From the NCBI GenBank assembly GCA_965261395.1, contig OZ253462.1, positions 6,112,001-6,176,000 of the forward strand: DNA of 64,000 nt. The letters run 5' to 3'. The notes below the pieces were generated by a model, which saw nothing but the letters and a program-made list of their open reading frames with translations, did no database searches and had not been told where the DNA came from. Every line of letters starts with the position of its first letter. Within the stretch, counting starts at the first letter, position 1. Below, piece by piece: positions 57,595 to 64,000 of this stretch. A program made the translations under genes and the position numbers. Origin of the DNA: Candidatus Latescibacterota bacterium (GTDB lineage: Bacteria; Latescibacterota; UBA2968; UBA8231).

Positions 57595-59648
57595 CTGCGG
57601 TGAGCAACATGCGGTGGCTGGTGCTGATTCTCATCATCAGCAGTCCAGTGGCAGCGCAGACGCCCTCGGCTTGGGTCGTAGGGGGCACAAGCGGCGAGCC
57701 TTGGGCTGAGGCCGCAGAGCGCTGGATCGCCCTCGACGACACGGTGCGTTCCGGGGCGATTCAGCCTCGGGCGATTCCCCTAGGCCACACGGTTACTCGC
57801 CAAATCGTGCGCACCGGCATTGCCACGACCCAGCGCAACCTCTTTGGCTATCGCTGGAGCTTGCACAAGGGGCCGCGCCAGATCGAGGCCGACACCTTAG
57901 AAATCGGGTGGCACCCGCGCCTGTGGCAGGGAGGCGGAACCAACGCCCTCGCCGCAGAAGTCATGCGCGGATTAGTCGATGGCGACGGACTAACCGCGGG
58001 CTTTACCCACAAGGCGCGGGCCGATCGCCGCCCCAACAGCGTGCAGTTCATCACACTCGACCTCGGCGTACCCGTGCCCGTTGACAGCATCGTGTTCTTT
58101 CCGCCGCAGACCGGGCTGACCAGCGACAACCAGCGGCAGCGCGAGCTGTTCGCCCGCGCCTATGAAGTCAGCCGGACCAACGTACCGGTCGAATGGCTGA
58201 TCTTTGAAGACGAGACTACCTCGACCGGGTCGGCGGGGTACCACCCGCTCGACGAGATTCTCGCCAGCACCTTTGCCAACAACACCAGCGTCGTCTCCCT
58301 CGCACCGGACCTGCGCTTTACCCGCTTTCTCCGCTTCAAGTTCGGAGAAGTTTCCACCACGACTTTGCTGGCCGAAATCGAGGTCTTTGGCCGCGGCTAC
58401 CCCCAAGAGGCCCGCTACATCTCCGCGCCCCATTCTTTCGACCAAGCCGTAAGCTTGGGACGGGTCACGTGGAAATTCACCCGCTATCGCCAATTGCCTT
58501 CTGGCGCGATCACCGCCGACCCCACCGCACCGGTGCAGCTAAACTTGCAGACCCGCGCTGGCTTCGACCCCGATCCCAAGACGTACTTCATCTTCGACGA
58601 CCTCGGCCGACTGGTGGAAGTAGATGAGGAGACCTATTTCGACTCGCCGAGGGTGGTGGAGCGGTTTTCCGAGGGGATCGCCGGTTTCCGGGCTAAGCGC
58701 GACGACGACATAGAAAACTGGAACAACTGGTCGGTTGATTACCAAGCCTCGGGCGACGAGATCCGCTCCTCTGACGGAGCCGAGTTCCTCCAGTTTCGCT
58801 TTACCATCACCACCGAAGACCCGCTGGCCTTTGGCGTGCTCGACAGCTTGGCTTTTGAAGTCTCGCCGCTGTTGGCCGATCGCGCGCTGGCGGAAATTGT
58901 CCTCGACGGGCGCGCCGATGCGGACGGTGCCGTCGAGGTGCCCCTCGGGGTCGTCCAGCGCTTTGCCTATCACATTCGCACAGTGGCTGGCGCAACCGAC
59001 CGCGCGGGGTTCGACGGCATCGAGTTAGAGGTTCCTCCGGCCAGCCGCTTTCTCGACCTAACCATCGACGACCAGCCAGCGACCGAGGGCGTGGACTTTT
59101 CCCTCGCCGCCAGCGACGGGCGGTTGCGCTTCACCTTTCCCACGGCGTTCCAAGAAGACAAGGCGTTTCGCGTGCGCTTTCAAGGCGCGGTCTTCCAGCC
59201 CTCGGTCTTTTTGGCCAGCCGCCTTTTTAACACCTCGGCTGCTAGCTTGCCCCAGTCCATTGAGGGTGGAGATGCTCACGCCGACGTGGCCAGCAACAGC
59301 ATCCAAGTCGTTTCCAGCGACGCGGCCTTGGGCGTCCTCGGGGCGGTTGAGTTGTCTTCGCCCGTGGTCACGCCCAACGGCGATGGGACCAATGAGCAGG
59401 TCGCCATTGGCTTCGACTTATTCGGCGTCGCTGGGGGTGCGTTGCGGGTGGAGGTGCGCGACCTGAGCGGTCGTCGCTGCGCCGCGATCTTGGACGCGCG
59501 GGCCGCAGCCGGTCCGTACGCACTGCAGTGGGATGCGCGGGACGAGCGGGGAGAACTCGTGCCCCCAGGACTGTACCTAATCCGCGTTGAGGTAGAGGTC
59601 GATCACGGCACGTTCGCCCGCATGGAAGCGGTCGGAATCGCGTACTAA
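57591..59648 (+). CDS. Secreted discoidin-like protein with C-terminal FlgD-Ig / T9SS type-B-like domain
   Basis: Signal peptide (ATG 57609 is an alternative start); DLGVPVPVDSIVFFP, LAEIEVFG, NWNNWS, TPNGDGTNE, WDARD, AVGIAY. Confidence 0.88.
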   Translation: MTAVSNMRWLVLILIISSPVAAQTPSAWVVGGTSGEPWAEAAERWIALDDTVRSGAIQPRAIPLGHTVTRQIVRTGIATTQRNLFGYRWSLHKGPRQIEADTLEIGWHPRLWQGGGTNALAAEVMRGLVDGDGLTAGFTHKARADRRPNSVQFITLDLGVPVPVDSIVFFPPQTGLTSDNQRQRELFARAYEVSRTNVPVEWLIFEDETTSTGSAGYHPLDEILASTFANNTSVVSLAPDLRFTRFLRFKFGEVSTTTLLAEIEVFGRGYPQEARYISAPHSFDQAVSLGRVTWKFTRYRQLPSGAITADPTAPVQLNLQTRAGFDPDPKTYFIFDDLGRLVEVDEETYFDSPRVVERFSEGIAGFRAKRDDDIENWNNWSVDYQASGDEIRSSDGAEFLQFRFTITTEDPLAFGVLDSLAFEVSPLLADRALAEIVLDGRADADGAVEVPLGVVQRFAYHIRTVAGATDRAGFDGIELEVPPASRFLDLTIDDQPATEGVDFSLAASDGRLRFTFPTAFQEDKAFRVRFQGAVFQPSVFLASRLFNTSAASLPQSIEGGDAHADVASNSIQVVSSDAALGVLGAVELSSPVVTPNGDGTNEQVAIGFDLFGVAGGALRVEVRDLSGRRCAAILDARAAAGPYALQWDARDERGELVPPGLYLIRVEVEVDHGTFARMEAVGIAY

Positions 59649-59658
59649 TGGAGGCGAC

Positions 59659-62016
59659 ATGAAAACTCTACAGCTAGCGGTTGCTTTCCTCCTGCTCGCG
59701 GCCGCGGCCAGCGGCCAGAACCTGCGCTTTGCCGGGTCCGACTTTGCTTCTTGGGCCCACCCGCAGGGGCTGGTCGAGGTCTTGCCGCAAGGCATTAAAG
59801 TGAAGCGCTTTGAGCAGCGGTTTAACGCGGTGGCCAACGCCCGCGAGTTTTCCGCCAAGGCCATCGGCGACTACGGGCAGCGCTTTGCGCGCACGCCGTC
59901 CAACCAGCAGCAGGCCGACCTAGCCGGCGACCAAGACCCCAACACTTGGTGGCAACCCGACCCGGACACCCCGGTGCAGTTGTGGTGGCTGGAGCTGGAC
60001 TTGGGGCGCACCGTGGTGGCCGACAAGGTGCGCGTCCGCTTCCCCAACCGCGAGGGGGCCAAGCCCTTTAACTTTTTTTCGCTGTACGTCAGCCCGGGCA
60101 TTCCGGTATTCGGCGGTCGGGCCAAGCGCATCGTCTATCGCCGGCTGGGCCGACCGATTAACAACAACACCGAGTCCTTGGTCGAATTCGACCTCACCAC
60201 GACCGGCCTTGCCACGGCCACGGGCGAGCATCTGAGCGCGGACGAGGTCCTCGACTTCGACATCGTGCGCTTCGTGCGCTTTGAAGCAGCCGGTGCAACG
60301 CCCGATGCCGCGCTCGCCGAAATAGAGGTGGACGGCATTGGCTTCAACCTCTCCTCCATGGTGCAGACCGAAGATCGGACCGAGCACTGGGGAGGACGGA
60401 CGTGGACGTCCAAGCACCGCGACTGCCAAGGCTGCGGCAAGGGCAGCGGGTCCCAAGCCCTCATCGACCAAGACGTGGGATTTCGCGGGTGGAACATCGA
60501 GGCGTCGGACAAGGGCAATTGGCGCGATTCAGGCGTCTGGTCCGTCGTCGATTTCGGCAACGTCTTTCGCGTCGATCGCCTCATCTGGATGCCCATTGTG
60601 TCGGGCCGCGGCCCGTTCCTCTACGGCTTCCAGCGCGACAAGCAGGGCAGTTGGCCCAGTTTCGATTTCTTCGCTTCCAACGGCACTCCCAGTAACAGCA
60701 CCGACCCAGTCGTCGAAGGCCCTTTCCACTACGAATTGCTGTCTTCCGTGGCCAACTCTGGCCGCTATTTGTTCGACTTCCAGTTCGAGCCGCGCGCGCT
60801 GCGGCTGCTGATGTGGCGCGTGACGCGGCCGCAGCAGTTCCACCGCGCCGTCCAACTCTTCGTCTTCCACAGCGAAGGCTATCCCGTGCAAATCGAGCTG
60901 GAGTCCGCAGACATTTTCCTCGGCGGTGCCCGCAGCATGCGCTTCGTCGAATGGGACGCCGACCTGCCGCCCAGAACTCGCATCGAAGTGGAAACCCAGA
61001 CCGGCAATGGCTTCCAGACCATCACGCGCTACTTCCTGTCCAATGGCAAAGAAGTGACCAAACAAGCCTACGAGTCGGCCAAGTCCCGCAACCGCGGCGA
61101 CATCGTCGAGGAACAGGTGCGCGACGACACCTGGAGCGCGTATAGCCAACCCCATCGGTTCTCAGGGCAAGCATTCCTCTCGCCGTCGCCGCGGCAATGG
61201 CTGCGGGCGCGGGTGCGGCTCATCAGCGACGATCCAGCGGCCTTCCCCACCCTGCGATCGCTCACATTTGTGGCTAACGCGCCGATCATCACGGCTGGCC
61301 TGACGGGCCGCGTCTTCCCCCGCGAAGCCCCCATGGACACATTGCAGACGTTCCGCTACACCATCGCGCCGGTGGCCTTCAACAGCCGAGACACGGGGTT
61401 CGACCGCGCGCTAATCCTACTCCCGCCCGGCGGCGGCCGTGACGTCGTATTCATCAGCGCATCCGTAGGAGGAGCAGAAGTCGAGGCCACTGGCCTGTTG
61501 CGGGGGGATTCGCTCTTGGTGGAACTGCCGCCGCCGCTGGTCCGGCGGGATTCGGTCGCCATCGCCTTTTCCACCCGCTTGTCCCACAGCCCGACGACCT
61601 TCAAGGCGTTCGTCTTCAACTCGGCCGCCGGCGACAACCTCCAAGGCGTCGTCCCCGCTGAGTTCGGCGCTGACTTGGTCTTCGTGCCCGAGGCAGTCGC
61701 TGGCGGCTCGTTGATCCGCAACGTCGAACACACTCGGTTGATAACCCCCAACGGCGATGGCGCAAACGACCAATGCGAACTGCAATTTACCGTGGTAAAA
61801 ACCGAGCGCGCACCGCAAGTACAGGTCTTTACCCTAGATGGCCAGCCCGTGGTCGAGCTTGCAAGCCAAGGCCTGCCGGGGCGGCGCGTCCGCTACGTCT
61901 GGGACGGACAAAGCGCCGGCCGCGCGGTGCCGCCCGGCGTCTATGTCCTGCGTATTGCCATAGAAGCAGATGCCCGCGCCGACCGGGCTTACAGGCTCGT
62001 ACATGTTGCTTATTAA
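59659..62016 (+). CDS. Secreted protein with two discoidin-like units and C-terminal FlgD-Ig / T9SS type-B-like domain
   Basis: GGAGG RBS, signal peptide; LELDLGR..ADKVRV and VDFGNVFRVDRL; SPSPRQW, TPNGDGAND, WDG, LVHVAY. Confidence 0.88.
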   Translation: MKTLQLAVAFLLLAAAASGQNLRFAGSDFASWAHPQGLVEVLPQGIKVKRFEQRFNAVANAREFSAKAIGDYGQRFARTPSNQQQADLAGDQDPNTWWQPDPDTPVQLWWLELDLGRTVVADKVRVRFPNREGAKPFNFFSLYVSPGIPVFGGRAKRIVYRRLGRPINNNTESLVEFDLTTTGLATATGEHLSADEVLDFDIVRFVRFEAAGATPDAALAEIEVDGIGFNLSSMVQTEDRTEHWGGRTWTSKHRDCQGCGKGSGSQALIDQDVGFRGWNIEASDKGNWRDSGVWSVVDFGNVFRVDRLIWMPIVSGRGPFLYGFQRDKQGSWPSFDFFASNGTPSNSTDPVVEGPFHYELLSSVANSGRYLFDFQFEPRALRLLMWRVTRPQQFHRAVQLFVFHSEGYPVQIELESADIFLGGARSMRFVEWDADLPPRTRIEVETQTGNGFQTITRYFLSNGKEVTKQAYESAKSRNRGDIVEEQVRDDTWSAYSQPHRFSGQAFLSPSPRQWLRARVRLISDDPAAFPTLRSLTFVANAPIITAGLTGRVFPREAPMDTLQTFRYTIAPVAFNSRDTGFDRALILLPPGGGRDVVFISASVGGAEVEATGLLRGDSLLVELPPPLVRRDSVAIAFSTRLSHSPTTFKAFVFNSAAGDNLQGVVPAEFGADLVFVPEAVAGGSLIRNVEHTRLITPNGDGANDQCELQFTVVKTERAPQVQVFTLDGQPVVELASQGLPGRRVRYVWDGQSAGRAVPPGVYVLRIAIEADARADRAYRLVHVAY

Positions 62017-62029
62017 GAGGGAGCGCACT

Positions 62030-64000
62030 GTGAGACGTCGAATTTTCGCACTGCTAATTTGTCTGTTCGCTTGGCCACCGCCGCAACAGGCAAGCGCCCA
62101 ACGCGCCACTGGGTACGACAACCCCTATTACGCCACGGGCACTGAAGTCTCACCGGCGACCCTCGTGCCTTCAGTGCGCAAGTGGTACCTGCCGCAGCGG
62201 CTGTACTCGCAGTACGACTGGCGACAAGAGCAATACTCCAACTACGCCCGCGACCACTACGAGCGCTACACCGAGGTCTTCTTGGAAGGCTCGCCATTCT
62301 ACGACGTGTACGGCGATTACATCACGCAGGGCTGGCTGGTGTACGACTGGACCGAAGACTACCCGGAAGACAACGGCAGCATCATCACCAAAAATCCGCG
62401 CTTTCGTTCGTGGTTCAACAACCTGCTCATATCGTCGAGCCATTCCGGGCAGTTCCACTCGGCCTTGATGGTGGGCGACGGCATCCGCACCACCCTGACC
62501 CCCCTGACGTTTTCCAAGCCGCGCTTCGACGGCATTCAGTGGGATCTCCTGACCGACAAGTACGCTCTGACCATGCTGTCGTCGCGGGTCAGCAACACCG
62601 GGGAAATTTCCTCCAGTGAAGTCGGGGGTGGCGTCCAGGCCAATACCTTCACCGCCCTGATGGCGGCCAAGGGGCGGGTGCAGGTCGGGGATTTTGCCGC
62701 CCTCGGCGCGACCTTGGTCAATGCGGCACATCGCAACTCCAACCTGCCTTTTGGCGACAACTCGCTCAGCGGCCTGCTCAGCGGCCCGATGAACGCGGAC
62801 TTTGTGCGCTCCATTGTCGTGCGCATTTCCGACGATTCGCCCGAAGACGGCGAGGGCGGCGCACTGCTGTCGCGCTGGCGCATCTTCATCAACGGCGTCG
62901 AGCACACCAAAGACATCGTCGCCGTGGTCGAGGGCGGCATTCGGCGCGGCGGCGCAATTGTGGCCAGCGGCACGGACGTCATCACGCTGACCTACAACAT
63001 CGAAGACTTCTCCCCGAGCACGGATGACGCCATCGACGATTTTCGCGAGATCGAGCGCATTGAAATCGGCCTCGTGCTGGCCAACGACTACAAGGTCGAA
63101 GTGACCTCCAACAAGCAGACCAACAACCTCGGCACGCCCGTATTCCTGCCGGTGTTGCGCGCGTCCGGCAACGTCAAGGACGGCTCGAATCAGGCATTTC
63201 ACCGGTTCAGCTACGGCCTGCCGACCGGGACCCGCATGTTGGGCTTCGACCTCGCCATTGCCGACCTGCAAGGCTTTGACTTCAGAGGCGAGTTCGTCCG
63301 CAACTTTCAGTACCGCCGCTTTCCCAACGAGAACATGGCCACGGGCCAGACGCTGGCGGCCAACGAGGCCCAAGCCATGTACGCGACCGCGCAGAAACGC
63401 AACTATCCCTATACGTTTTTCGCCGAGGTTTTCAGCATCGACGCGGATTACTCCACCCGCGCCTTTATCCCCAACGCCGAGGGACAGGTGTTCTACGATA
63501 ACGAGCAGCGGCACCTGTATGAATTCGTCGACGACAACGACGATCAGGACGAACTGCCAGACTGGACGCGGCGCACGTTCGGCAGCCGCGTCAACACGCG
63601 GCAGGGGCAGCAGTTGCTGACCGACGCCGCGGTCTTCCCAGGCATTGACGAGGACAACGACGACATTTCGGATTTCAACCGGAACTTCAACACCCAGCCC
63701 GACTACGCGGAGCCGTTTCTGCGCTTTGAGGTGGACCCGCCGGAGTTTTTGTTCGGCATGGACATGAACAGCAACGGCGTCATCGACCGCTTCGAGGACG
63801 ACGGGGAAGCCGATTACCCCTACAAGCTGGGCCGCCGGGGAATCAATACCTATGCGGCCGTCGAAATCCTGCCCCGCACAACCGTCATGGTCGGCTATCT
63901 CGACCAGCGACTACTAGAGACCGCCCGGGAAAACCAAGCTGCCTACCTGCTGCTGACCGCGAAAAAGGACTTCCCCGCAAAGGACTTCAGCGCGTGGCTG
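62030..64000 (+). CDS. Third paralog of the ~940-aa Asp-rich secreted/outer-membrane family (3' end runs off the window)
   Basis: Translated by hand from GTG 62030 (GAGGGAG upstream): MRRRIFALLICLFAW..ASA-Q; VRKWYLPQ, YSNYAR, QGWLVYDW, TTLTPLTFSKPRF, ISDDSPEDG, DDNDDQDELPDW, PEFLFGMDMN. Confidence 0.9.
   Translation, partial: MRRRIFALLICLFAWPPPQQASAQRATGYDNPYYATGTEVSPATLVPSVRKWYLPQRLYSQYDWRQEQYSNYARDHYERYTEVFLEGSPFYDVYGDYITQGWLVYDWTEDYPEDNGSIITKNPRFRSWFNNLLISSSHSGQFHSALMVGDGIRTTLTPLTFSKPRFDGIQWDLLTDKYALTMLSSRVSNTGEISSSEVGGGVQANTFTALMAAKGRVQVGDFAALGATLVNAAHRNSNLPFGDNSLSGLLSGPMNADFVRSIVVRISDDSPEDGEGGALLSRWRIFINGVEHTKDIVAVVEGGIRRGGAIVASGTDVITLTYNIEDFSPSTDDAIDDFREIERIEIGLVLANDYKVEVTSNKQTNNLGTPVFLPVLRASGNVKDGSNQAFHRFSYGLPTGTRMLGFDLAIADLQGFDFRGEFVRNFQYRRFPNENMATGQTLAANEAQAMYATAQKRNYPYTFFAEVFSIDADYSTRAFIPNAEGQVFYDNEQRHLYEFVDDNDDQDELPDWTRRTFGSRVNTRQGQQLLTDAAVFPGIDEDNDDISDFNRNFNTQPDYAEPFLRFEVDPPEFLFGMDMNSNGVIDRFEDDGEADYPYKLGRRGINTYAAVEILPRTTVMVGYLDQRLLETARENQAAYLLLTAKKDFPAKDFSAWL

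Noticed and set aside
62171-63514. 447-aa minus-strand ORF
   Set aside because: Antisense shadow of the plus-strand gene starting at 62030, which has clear paralog motifs
1-64000. tRNA, rRNA, riboswitch, reverse transcriptase/DGR or prophage genes
   Set aside because: None recognised by eye; intergenic gaps are short. A covariance-model search (Infernal/tRNAscan) would be needed to exclude small RNAs.

Overview
GC-rich bacterial window. Its gene content (phytanoyl-CoA dioxygenases, DUF6785 membrane proteins, BNR sialidases, a sulfatase, many secreted proteins ending in an FlgD-Ig/TPNGDG domain or a TWGxIK tail) resembles Candidatus Latescibacterota/Poribacteria-like FCB bacteria; the taxon is inferred. 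Main parts: (1) Two copies, at 1-10.8 kb and 53.8-64 kb, of an uncharacterised cell-envelope cluster: secreted discoidin-type proteins with a T9SS type-B-like C-terminal domain, followed by a ~940-aa Asp-rich putative outer-membrane protein and headed by a TWGxIK-tailed protein, plus a lipoprotein or a GT-C/TPR glycosyltransferase. (2) Catabolic modules at 11-30 kb, several with frameshifts or deletions. (3) A nest of about 8 IS elements at 30-38 kb that has broken up an IS1595-type element carrying an N6-methyltransferase. (4) A TA pair and a pRiA4b-ORF3 gene flanked by palindromic elements with IS701-type ends. (5) An ECF sigma factor fused to beta-sliding-clamp domains II-III, upstream of an IS-interrupted peptide-type ABC exporter. 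(6) A decaying MpaB/Lcp-oxygenase, MMPL, LolA-like and beta-barrel operon. No rRNA, tRNA or CRISPR array was recognised. Family calls come from motif recognition by eye; no database searches were run.
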